Source: Phyllobates terribilis | Taxonomy: Eukaryota | Direction: 5' to 3' | Assembly: GCF_046119375.1 (NCBI RefSeq) | Contig: NW_027362767.1 | Location: 23,002,001 to 23,066,000 of the forward strand | Length of the DNA stretch: 64,000 nucleotides | The notes under the pieces: model-generated | What the model was told of the DNA's origin: nothing | Seen by the model: only the letters and a program-made list of their open reading frames with translations | The model's database searches: none | Program-made: the position numbers and the translations under genes | Part shown: piece by piece, positions 32,653 through 55,006 of the stretch | Numbering within the stretch: the stretch's first letter is position 1 | How the letters are laid out: every line of letters begins with the position of its first letter

Positions 32653-32952
32653 CTACAATGACCATCTCCCAATACCATCCTGCACCTCCAGGGTTAAACC
32701 TCCTGTACAAATATGGCCCCCAGGCAGTTGTGTAGGGGGAGAAAAATGTGATTGTGTGAGGTTTCCTTAATCTGATACTTAATGATCCAGAAACTTCCAA
32801 TAGACCGGCATCCATAGAAATATGGTCCCATGATCACCGGCAGTCTGGAATCTCCGAGGTCCGGTCTATGGAGATAAAGGACGGTGGTGGCTCCGGGGAC
32901 AAGGAGTCTCATCATCCATTTTCTTACAGTTTTGGTTGTAAATATGTTTATT

Positions 32953-32964
32953 AATAAAAATAAA
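32953..32964 (+). terminator. Tandem AATAAA polyadenylation signals of CCDC197-like
   Basis: AATAAAAATAAA located about 300 bp downstream of the stop codon. Confidence 0.6.
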
Positions 32965-34410
32965 ACAAGAATTGGAATATTTCACAAGATTCCTTTAATA
33001 CGGCACCCAGTAATCTGGAAAATGACTTTATAATCTGACACTGAGAAGGTTCATCTTCGGGTATATACCAGACTATATAGTATATGTAACTTCCAATAAT
33101 CCAGCATGCTGGTGATCCAAAGCATTCCAGATTATCAGTATCATTAGTAATAAGACTCAGCAGCTAGATATAGACAAGTAAATGGGGGGTTATAAAAGGG
33201 GAAAATTGATTTAGTTGAAACCCTTTTAGGTCAGATTGAGCTGATGTTCTCCCCTGATTTGGAGGATAATAGACGCTATAGATTCCCATGGAAAGCTTTC
33301 TAATCCCTTCTCCAGCCTTGAAGCGACATCTTATGTTTGTGCTGCTTCAATGGCGGCTGAAAAGAATGAAAACTTTCTAAAAACTCTTTTTCTAGTGATG
33401 TTATGCCCTCTGGTGGTTGCTTCTGGTATCACACTTCTAGTAAGTTTCAGTGTGGATTTACTAAGCAAAATTTGCCAGAATTTTCTCACAATTCGCACCA
33501 AAAAAGTGGTGTAAATGCCATCCATTAAATTAGTTATGTTATTTTAGACAGGTTTGCACCTCAATAGATCATTCTAAAAAGTGTCTATGGTGAGAAATGC
33601 TGCAGATTTATTAATGCCATGTGCTTTACTGGAGTAAAAGTATACCAGTATAAAAAAGGCCCCGATTCAACATTTTGTTTTTAAATCATTTTTCTGTCTT
33701 GTCTGTTTTTCACGGATGCACTTTCCACCAATTGAATTAAAATTGTGCACAATGTTTGATGAATTAGGCGTGAATTAAAAGATGCTTTCATTTTTGATTT
33801 TGCGCAAAAAAAATGACAAGGACAGAAAAAAAATTAGTGTACAAATTTAAATCAATGCCATATTTTAAATAAATGAAAGGCCGAAAAGGGGCAGATTTCA
33901 GAGCAGAATATGCAAATATCAAAAGGCACGAGACGCATTGTGCGAATATGGCCTTATACTCCGTGGACACTGAGTAAAACTTTTTCAAGCAAAAACTGTT
34001 TGATGAAACGCTGCTTTTTTTGGTGGATTTTTTCTTTTCTTGAAGTAATTTTGAACTCCAATGGACTCGGAGGACGGGACCACCTCTATGACATCCATGT
34101 CTTCCAACAGGACAGGCTGTTTTGCTTTCTGACCCCTTTAATAAATGCAGCTTTATGAACTCTTATCTCCTGCTGTTTCCTGTTTGTTTGTTATTCTGTT
34201 ACATTGTTTCCAATATTCTACAAATAAAGGAAAATATAAACATAAACAAACACCTTGCTCCTCGCTGATAGACCCTCGACTGATTCATTAGAGCATTTCT
34301 GCCTTTTTTTCGCTACTTTTTGCCCATTTTGAATTTGCACTTTTTTTTAAAGTCTATTTAATGCGTCGCCTATTTATTTTTTGTAATGTTTGTTATTGTG
34401 GTCACAGTTA

Positions 34411-34811
34411 GGCTGTGTGCCCACTATGCGTTTTTTAAGCGTTTCCGCAGCGTAATTTCCTCTGCGGAAACGCTTAAAAAACACTTGGTAGAAGGCCTGC
34501 CATGTTCCCCAATGATAATCCGCATGTGCACATGCTGCGGAAGTTTCTGCTGCAGATTATCATTGCGGAAAAATCTGCAGCATGTCCATTAATTTTGCGG
34601 AATCATGGCGTTTTAGCCGCCATTGACTTGCATTGGAACGCATAACATCCGCATGACTACATACAATTCAATGTGCGGATGGTACCTGGGTCTGGAGAAG
34701 AGGAGACTCATCCACACCCGGGTACCATAGAACCTGTTGTTAAAAAAGAATTAAAATATACATTATACTCACCTTCTGATGGAGCATTTCTGCTTCGTTG
34801 GGCACATAGCT
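34411..34811. mobile_element. Harbinger-type MITE, family B (internally deleted)
   Basis: TTA-GGCTGTGTGCCCAC ... GGGCACATAGC. Shares internal blocks (CCGCAGCGTAA, GGTACC...GAGGAGACTCATCC) with 12890-13592. Confidence 0.8.
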
Positions 34812-35135
34812 TTTGGGGATTCCTTTTGCACAATTCATCATCTGCAACTTTTCCAGAAGTTACAAAGTTTGTCACAGATGTGCTCCATTACCGCTCCCCA
34901 TGATTTATTGTGCACATGAAAATTTTAGGCACTCCTTTTTTTAAAATTTTTTTTTGCAACAAAGGGTCAAAGACAAAAATAAAGAGCAGCTTTGATTTTG
35001 CACCAAATTTATGAACGGCGTGCACCATTCTGAAGAACTAAAAGCAAAAAAACGTCAATGGACACAAGACAAAAAAAAAAAGAAAAGTTTCAGGGTTTTT
35101 TTTTTAACCCCCACAGCAAGCAGAGATCCTGCAAA

Positions 35136-35343
35136 GGCCACGGCCCCACTATCAGTATTTGTTCAGTATTCGGTCAGTATTTTTTCTCAGGAGTGGGAGA
35201 CAAAACCAGGAGTGGGTGATAAATGCAGAATCGGTGACTTGTTTCTATTCTACCTTTTCTCTGATTGTTCCTCACCTGGTTTTGGCTCCTGAGAAAAAAT
35301 ACTGACCAAATACTGACCGAATACTGATAGTGGGGCCGGGGCC
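35136..35343. mobile_element. Harbinger-type MITE, family A
   Basis: TIRs GGCCACGGCCCCACTATCAGTATT / AATACTGATAGTGGGGCCGGGGCC followed by TAA. Confidence 0.87.
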
Positions 35344-35490
35344 TAAGGGTGAGAACTTCAAGACAAAGTATATTGGGAAAGTGCAAACATTTCCTCACAA
35401 GGCAAAGAAAACTTTACTTAAAATTCAGAAGACTCCTATACATTTCCAGCTTCTTACCCTTAGGGTTTCCTAATTTCCAATTGCTGGGGA

Positions 35491-35770
35491 GCTTCAATTC
35501 CCAGAATGCCTTGCGAGCCTGCAATCAGGGCATGCTGGGTGTTGTAGTTCCTGCTCATGTCACTATGTTGCATTTGCTACTTTCCAGACTTTGCACTTGA
35601 TGACGTCACATGAAGTGGGCGGGGTGTAAGGAGGCGGATCACTTATTTAGGGCGGAGTTTGGGAGCTGCTGATTTTTGCAGGAAGAGGGAGCAGAGCTGA
35701 CATCATGGTTGGTGCAGGCTGGGGGACACGCACACTGTATCAGTTAGAGACTACAAGTCCCAGCATGTCA
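35491..35770 (+). promoter_or_regulatory. OTUB2 promoter and exon 1 region: ZNF143/THAP11-type motifs, CRE, GC boxes
   Basis: TTCCCAGAATGCCTTGCG (about 35498-35515), CATGCTGGGTGTTGTAGT (35531-35548), TGACGTCA (35601-35608), GGGCGGGG (35617), GGGCGGAG (35651), ACTACAAGTCCCAGCATG (35750-35767). Confidence 0.6.
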
Positions 35771-38700
35771 TGACATTTGTATGCAGGGAGTAGTGGTTTC
35801 CCAGCAGCCATGAGCTACAGGTTATATATTCTGCATTAATCATGGTGTGCTATTTTCCTCTGGTATCAGTCAGGGGCAGCGCTCATGCTGATTGGCTGCA
35901 GGGGCGGGGTCATTGTTACATAGTTTCTGATCTGTGAAGTGACAATGTTACTGTCAGTGAGGGCAGGGGTCACAGGGGCATCTCCGGGGTCACAGGGGCA
36001 TCTCCAGGGTCTGGGGGCATTATAGGATTATTCCTGAAAAATCCAGGTATTCCCAATCTATAGGATAGGTAATAATTTGCTGATCACTTGGGGTCTGACT
36101 GCTGGGACCCCCACAGACTCTTAGATGTAGCGGAGGGGTGTATGCTCGGCCTCCGCTCCAGTCATTGTCCATGGACTGCCATGTGCAGCAGCTTTTCCAT
36201 CAGTCCCATAGATAATGGATAGGAGGCTGAGCATACACCCCTCCTCAAAGCTGCACAGCCAAGTTCTCTGGATCTGTGGGGGTCCCAGCGGTCTGACCCC
36301 AGTGATCAGCAAGTTACCCCCTATCCAATAGTTGGGGAATACCGTGACTTTTTGTGACTGGCCCTTTAATGCCCCATTTGTGGAATTGCTGGGGTCCTCA
36401 GCTGTTGGACTCCCAACGATCAGCAGGTCCATCACCTGTAGATGGAGGATACCTTGATTTTTTTTTTTCCCTTTGGGGATTAACTCTTTAATGAGGTTTC
36501 CTAATTTGTATCTATGACCAGTATCACTAGGACCTATCCAGCGGTGTAACCTGTGGTTTACGGGGCCCAAATCTCCCACTGGGGCCCCAACACCCACGGG
36601 TCTATACTGGTCTTCTCATATGGGCCAAAGGGACGTTTTAGGTTCCCGGCGTTCCAATGCCAGCGACCCCTGAACCCACTGTAGTAACGCGCCTCGATAT
36701 ATCATTACTTGCTGATTGTAGGGGTAGTGAGGTAACTATAGCAGTCACACTTGTGACCCCCCCCCTGGTCTAGGGGACCCCATAGGCTAGAGGTGAGTGG
36801 CGGCTTCAAGGCGAAGTGTCAGCTCTAGGGGTGAGCGGAGGATTCGGGGAGAGGCGTCAGCTCTAGGGGTGAGCGGAGGATTCGGGGAGAAGCGTCGGCT
36901 CTAGGGGTGAGCGGAGGATTCGGGGAGAAGCGCCAGCTCTAGGGGTGAGCGGAGGATTCGGGGAGAAGCGCCAGCTCTAGGGGTGAGCGGAGGATTCGGG
37001 GAGAAGCGCCAGCTCTAGGGGTGAGCGGAGGATTCGGGGAGAAGCGCCAGCTCTAGGGGTGAGCGGAGGATTCGGGGAGAAGCGCCAGCTCTAGGGGTGA
37101 GCGGAGGATTCGGGGAGAAGCGCCAGCTCTAGGGGTGAGCGGAGGATTCGGGGAGAAGCGCCAGCTCTAGGGGTGAGCGGAGGATTCGGGGAGAAGCGCC
37201 AGCTCTAGGGGTGAGCGGAGGATTCGGGGAGAAGCGCCAGCTCTAGGGGTGAGCGGAGGATTCGGGGAGAAGCGCCAGCTCTAGGGGTGAGCGGAGGATT
37301 CGGGGAGAAGCGCCAGCTCTAGGGGTGAGCGGAGGCTGCAGGATGGTGGGGGCCATGTTAAAGTTTAGTACAGGTAACCGGACCCGGCGCTTTCTAGTGA
37401 CCCGGCGCTTTCTAGTGACCCGGCGCTTTCTAGTGACCCGGCGCTTTCTAGTGACCCGGCGCTTTCTAGTGACCCGGCGCTTTCTAGTGACCCCTGATAG
37501 GCATCTAACATGCTGTGGCTCCGCCAGTGATGTGCAGGTGTCAGATTCAGAGAATAGACTCAGCTGCGCCCTCTTGTGGGGTCCCAGCATCACTCAAGGG
37601 TTAGTAAAAAATCTCTGGTTGGGCAGGCGGAGCGCCTCCATCCACAGGCACAGACTCTGCATGCATAGATTGCCCCCTGGTGGTGCAAAGTTAAAAAAAT
37701 GAAAAAAAAAAAAAAAAAACAAGATGCAGATGACCCCTTTAAACTCGCTGCTTCAGTCATGATAGAATCTAATATTGTGAGATTTGTTATAACTTTACGG
37801 TCCTGATTCATTATTTGCGGTTTTTTTCTTTACTTTTCCTTTTTATCTGATATTTATTGACCTTTTTTTGTGCCAAATTCTTCAGAATGACTAAGGGGGG
37901 GCTAATGGATTTTGTGCAAAATAGAGATGTCCCGTGGTTTTTTTAAAAATATTTTTTGTGCCATTTTACAGCAGAGTCGCACAATTCTTCAATATTCTGC
38001 CCGTTAGTCTAAACCAGGGTTCCCCAACTCCAGTCCTCAAGGCCCACCAACAGGTCATGTTTTCAGGATTTCCTTAGTATTACACAGGTGATGGAATTAT
38101 TGCCTGTGCAGGTGATGCAATTATCACCTGTGCAATACTAAGGAAATCCTGAAAACATGACCTGTTGGTGGGCCTTGAGGACTGGAGTTGGGGAACCCTG
38201 GTCTAAACGATGCAAAAATATAATGAAGCGGCTGTAGAGCTGCAGCAGGGACCGAGGCGAGAACTGCACAGAGTGTGCAACACTAGAAAAGAAACATCTT
38301 CATAATGAAACCGCGGCCATGAGGGCGTTATAACCAGAAAATGTCACAACTATGATTGCTGGCTGTGTCTCTCTGGCTCTCGCTCCCCCGCGCTCTCTCC
38401 CTCTCTGTGTGGCGGGCGCTCTCTCCCTCTCCCTCTCTGTGGCGGGCGCTCCCCCGCGCTCTCGCTCTCTCCCTCTCTGTGGCGGGCGCTCCCCCGCGCT
38501 CTCGCTCTCTCCCTCTCTGTGGCGGGCGCTCCCCCGCGCTCTCGCTCTCTCCCTCTCTGTGGCGGGCGCTCCCCCGCGCTCTCACTCTCTCTCTCTCTGT
38601 GGCGGGGCCCCCGCTGTCAGTGAATGTACTTTGTGTGTTTCAGGCCGCGGGGGGTTTGATCTCGGAGAAGTGCGATCTCGCCGTCTTCATAGAGGGGCAC

Positions 38701-41445
38701 TGCGCCGAGCCGTTGTGTCGACAGAGGTTGAAGGTGCTTATTTTTAACCCTTCTTTGGCGCTGCTGTTTGGATGATTGTTAATAAGCACAAAACTTTTAA
38801 AACGAATGGATTAGGGGGTGCGGGTTATATGTGTCTCCCTGGGAGTTGTAGTCCCCCTGCAGCTCGGCCTGACTCCTATCTCCTCAGGGGCTGCAGGGAC
38901 GTTACGGTGCCGTCCGCCGGGCCTGCCCTGACGGCAGCTGCTTCTATAGAGGTTTGGCCTTCGCTTTCCTGGAGTATCTGCTCGGTAAACCCCAGGACTT
39001 GCTCCGGTGAGTGGACGCCATTAGTCGCTGACCACATGGATATTTCCAGGGTCCATCCTCAGCTCTTTGCTTTTCTTCGCAGGTTTAGAGAGCGGGTGAC
39101 ACAGAGTGGAAGGGATCTGCTCGCTGCCGGATTCCAGGATCATGTGTATAGACCTCACTATGAGACAGTAAGTCTGAGCCGTGGGGCAGGGGAGGGGGCA
39201 AATCTGATTGGCTTAGAGCTCACAGCACTGCTCTGACCTCAGAACAGAAAAGGACCTCCCACTTGGCAAACTTAGAGAGAAAAAATAAACATTTAAAGGG
39301 GTTGTCCTGAATTGAGGAAAAACTGCTTTCTTCCCAAAAAACAGCGCCACACCCATGCACAGGTCGTATTTGGTATTGCAGCTCAGTACTATTCACCTTA
39401 AAGGGAATCTGTCACCCCCTGGGCGATATCAGACCTCTAATATGGCATACAGGTGATAGAAAGGTAAATCTATACTTACCTGTATGGCCCATAGCAGAGC
39501 TCTGATTGCAGAGGGATCTGGTTTTATAAAGTCTATTTTCCAGAGGCTTGGGGGTCCGGGGGACAGGAAGAAATCCCCACCTATGTGCTTACTATTCCCC
39601 TAAATCGCTGCCTCTGTGCTAAGTTACCATATTGGCCCTGTGACGTGCCCTGCTCTGCCTCCCCTCCCGCGCATGCGCAGAGCACCGCTCCCCTGGAGCG
39701 CGCCTGGTTTCCCTCCGGTGAGTCAGTGACTCGCCGTCGCTTGTGCAATACAAGGCTGTGGCGCAGTACGCAGCCAAACGGGGCCGGAGGGAAACACAGC
39801 ACGCTCCAGGGGAGCGGTGCTCTGCGCATGCGCAGGAGGGGAGGCAGAGCAGGGCCTGTGACGTGCAGGGGAGGGGGGAATATGGTAATTTAGCACAGAG
39901 GCGGCGATTTAGGGGAATAGTAAGCACATAGGTGGGGATTTCTTCCTGTCCCCCAGACCCCCAAGCCTCTGGAAAACAGACTTTATAAAACCAGATTCCT
40001 CTGCAATCAGAGCTCTGCTATGGGCCATACAGGTAAGTATAGATTTACCTTTCTATCACCTGTATGCCCATAATAGAGGTCTGATATCGCCCAGGGGGGG
40101 TGACTCATTCCCTTTAATGGAGCTAGACTGCAATACCGCACACTGCCTGCAGACAGATGTGGCGCTGTGTTTAGAAGAAAGCTGCCACCTTTTTCTAATC
40201 CACTTCTAGAAAAGCCTGAGGATGGATAATGGCTTCATTTTTTTTTTTTTGTTACACTTTAATCATCGTGTAGTAAAAGATCTGATTCCTGTTAGGGATT
40301 GAAAACTTTTTACATAAAACCCAAGGGAGCTCTATCGGATGGGTTAGGGTGGGCATCTGCAGGCCGCTGGGAGCAGCAGTTTCAGGACAGGTGGAGCCAT
40401 CATGTGAAACTAACATTTACATATTTCCCCTTCAAGAACAGCAGGGGGCAGTATTGCAGGGAATGTTTGGCGCCTTGGACCCCTCCAACCCCGGATATTG
40501 CACCATTTTTCTAGATGTCCCACCTTCCCCCCCTGTGACTTGTGCTTGGATCTGAACTCTCCTAGTTTCTCAGCCTTGTAGATGTGGTAGCGGGCGAAGG
40601 GACAGCAGCAGGCGAAGCGGCAACGGGCGAGGGGACAACAGCAGGTGAAGCGGCAGCAAGGGTCAAGGCAACAGCCAGCAGCCTCCTGGGAGCGTTCAAC
40701 CATCCGTATGTCTCTGACAGCGTCGTCCGGTACCTGAGACTCGTCACTTCCGCCTTCCTCCGGAGCAGAGCTGAATTCTTCCAGCCGTTCTTAGAGTATG
40801 CCTGCAGCATGGAGGACTTCTGCACTCAGGTTCAGCCTCGTTACATGTATATGAGGGGGGGGGGGGGGGTCTTTTCAGATAGTAAAGGATTGGGCAGATG
40901 GATTACAATATGCTCAATCCTTTGTTCCTGAGGTGCCTGACTGCATCTCACGCCCCTCGTCCCACTAATGAGGCAATCTAATCCCGCTCATCCACCAGAT
41001 CTTTCACAATGGGGATCTCACGTGTGGACCCCTGACAGGTGCCGTTGTCAGTGAAGGTCCGAATCCCCTCCATACCTACAGCTCTCTGCAATGTGTGGGA
41101 ATCTGACCCCCCCCCGTGTCCACTGTCCACACCGCTACATGCCCGCTCGGCAGAAATGAGCATCCATGTGTGTACAGGAGCCGACCGCTTCCTTATACCG
41201 TAAACTCTGGTGTCTTCTCTTCCCTGCAGAGCGTGGAGCCCATGATGGCGGTGTGCGACCACATGCAGATCATGGCAGTGACGCAGGCGCTGGATATACC
41301 GCTGCAGGTGGAATACGTGGACTCCAGAGACATGGCCATAACCCAGCACGTCTTCCCGGAGGGGTCCTGCCCGTGCGTCTACATGCTGTACAGTGAGGAC
41401 CACTATACCCTGCTGTACAAGGAGGGAGCCGTCCCCCCTGTGTAG
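35705..41445 (+). CDS. OTUB2: Ubiquitin thioesterase OTUB2 (otubain-2), divergent, 258 aa, spliced
   Basis: Coding exons 35705-35707 (ATG only; inferred from CATC-ATG|GTTGGT), 38644-38733, 38888-39006, 39083-39167, 40566-40829, 41230-41445; total 777 nt. Motifs LISEKCD, DGSCFYR, DLLAAGF, LRLVTSAF, VEPM..CDH.QI and LQVEYVD match otubains. Short N-terminus and convergence with DDX24 indicate OTUB2 rather than OTUB1. Confidence 0.92.
36047..36341. mobile_element. Palindromic MITE remnant in OTUB2 intron 1
   Basis: GGTATTCCCAATCTATAGGATAGG...GCTGATCACT...GGGACCCCCACAGA is mirrored by TCTGTGGGGGTCCC...AGTGATCAGC...CCTATCC...GGGGAATACC. Termini are decayed. Confidence 0.65.
36819..37335. repeat. 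38-bp G-rich minisatellite (about 13.5 units)
   Basis: Unit CAGCTCTAGGGGTGAGCGGAGGATTCGGGGAGAAGCGC, near-identical copies. Confidence 0.97.
37381..37494. repeat. 18-bp minisatellite (about 6 units)
   Basis: Unit GACCCGGCGCTTTCTAGT. It explains the TRRFLV and TRKRRV repeat ORFs. Confidence 0.95.
38015..38200. mobile_element. hAT-family MITE, 186 bp, near-perfect palindrome
   Basis: Exact 8-bp target duplication GTCTAAAC at 38007-38014 and 38201-38208. TIRs CAGGGTTCCCCAACTCCAGTCCTCAAGG / CCTTGAGGACTGGAGTTGGGGAACCCTG. Confidence 0.95.
38372..38606. repeat. About 40-bp CT/CG-rich minisatellite just upstream of OTUB2 exon 2
   Basis: Unit CTCCCTCTCTGTGGCGGGCGCTCCCCCGCGCTCTCGCTCT, 5-6 copies. Confidence 0.92.
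39297..40210. mobile_element. Older T2/Kolobok-type MITE hosting a nested MITE at its central TTAA
   Basis: TTAA-AGGGGTTGTCC left end. Arms CAGCGCCAC...GGTATTGCAG and CTGCAATACC...GTGGCGCTG are inverted around the insert. The right end is decayed, so the end coordinate is approximate. Confidence 0.6.
39402..40113. mobile_element. T2/Kolobok-type MITE, 712 bp, long foldback, in OTUB2 intron 4
   Basis: TTAA duplication at 39398-39401 and 40114-40117. Termini AGGGAATCTGTCACCCCC / GGGGGTGACTCATTCCCT. Arms are complementary over most of their length. Confidence 0.93.
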
Positions 41446-41680
41446 GGGCCGTGGCCCAGGACTGATGCGGGGGTCCTACATCTGCAACCCCAGCCCCTAT
41501 AGATCTGGACACATAAGATGTGAAACTGTGACCACGAGTTACAATCTGCACCGCAATTTATTAACCCCTTAGGGTTCAGGTGTGGCTGTGGAGTGGGGCA
41601 GAAGGACGTCTGAGGGTCTCCACATGCGGGAGCGTGACTCATTAAGTTTGTAGGGGGCGTAACTGCACACAGGGAAAAGA

Positions 41681-41686
41681 TTTATT
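41681..41686 (-). terminator. AATAAA polyadenylation signal of DDX24 (a second one lies at 41557-41562)
   Basis: TTTATT on the plus strand, about 160 and 280 bp beyond the DDX24 stop codon. Confidence 0.55.
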
Positions 41687-41843
41687 TTTTCACTCTAAGG
41701 GAGGGGGCTGCACAAAGCCCCCAGGGGTCACTTTTGTGTCCAGTCTGTCTGCGGCCCCCCAGAGTTTGTCCCTGATTGTGCAGGAACAGCACCACCTGGT
41801 GGCGGCTCCCGGCATCTGCAGTCTCTGTACAGGAATTCTCCCG

Positions 41844-54029
<12,186 letters not shown>

Positions 54030-54430
54030 TTCCTTTCAAACCTGAAAAAAACAAATGATTAGACGCGGGTAATGACTGACTGACACGACGGCCCCGAGGC
54101 CGCCATACTGGATCGATGCTTTATGACCGGAGAGCCCGAGTACCCCAGCTCAGCCCACAAGGCCATATACGTACCTGTACAGCCTCTGCACAGCAACTGC
54201 AGGCTCAAGTCCCCTATGAAGAATAAAAAAAAAAAAAGTCTAATGAAAAAAGGGGTTTTAAAGATAAAAAATTCTAGTCAAACACTTTTCCTCATAAAAA
54301 AATAAAACACATTCTGTGTCGCCGAGTCCAGAAATGTCCGAGCTATGAAAATGCTAAATGAAGTAACCGATTAGGTAAAGACTGAGAAAAATAAATGTCA
54401 GCTCTGACGCTTCATTACATCCTGTCCGGA

Positions 54431-54544
54431 CAGTCCTCAGCTCAGACTGACACAATGTAGCGACACCTCAGCCATGACAAGTCTCAGCTCAGCCTAGACA
54501 GACACAATGTAGCGACACCTCAGCCATGACTAGTCTCAGCTCAG
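54431..54544. repeat. About 51-bp tandem duplication in DDX24 intron 1
   Basis: CTCAGCTCAG..GACACAATGTAGCGACACCTCAGCCATGAC occurs twice. Confidence 0.8.
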
Positions 54545-54680
54545 GGAAGGATTTCAGCCCCCTGAGGTGACTATGGTCACCATTCACTGACTGCCAGCAG
54601 CGTGCATCCGCACAGACATGCTGGTACTTGTAGTTCCGCACTGACTCCCCGGAGCTGCCCCGTCACCGGCTAATATTTAC

Positions 54681-54840
54681 CTCCGATCTGGTCGGGGACA
54701 GGATCAATACTCGATCACCGAGATACACGAGATCCGCAGTTGAAGCACAGAACACGCTGCTCACGAGGAAGTCGCCATTACAGTGTGACGTCATCGGTAA
54801 GCGACAGAACAAACTTTATTAACAGCTAAACTTCCGGACA
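54681..54840 (-). promoter_or_regulatory. Inferred non-coding exon 1 and promoter of DDX24
   Basis: Minus-strand donor GAG|GTAAAT at 54680, CRE TGACGTCA at 54786-54793, ETS-type CTTCCGG at about 54830, CpG-rich. The matching acceptor TTTTTCAG ends at 54042, 12 nt before the ATG. Confidence 0.5.
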
Positions 54841-55006
54841 CTGGGTGCAGCGCTGCTCATAGCTCCCTCCTGTGGCTCCTCTAGTCACTGCACGACTGAG
54901 GCTCAATGTCATGTGCTGCACTGACTAGAGGGAGAAATATCTGTAATGCAAGATACCAAAAAGCTTAGCCTAATTATAGGCACATAGGGTATAGTAACTC
55001 ATCAAG

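Noticed and set aside
32790-32880. TAGACCGG...CCGGTCTA inverted repeat in the CCDC197 3' UTR, considered as a pre-miRNA or SECIS
   Set aside because: The stem is only about 8 bp with a long irregular loop, and there is no in-frame UGA recoding context or SECIS core.
37243-38775. Low-complexity Arg-rich and Leu/Ser-rich ORFs in OTUB2 intron 1
   Set aside because: They are products of the 18-, 38- and 40-bp minisatellites. Only 38644-38733 is exonic.
35705-41445. Calling the deubiquitinase OTUB1 because of its PDG motif
   Set aside because: It lacks the OTUB1 N-terminal extension, matches OTUB2-type LISEKCD and CDH.QI, and lies tail-to-tail with DDX24 as OTUB2 does.
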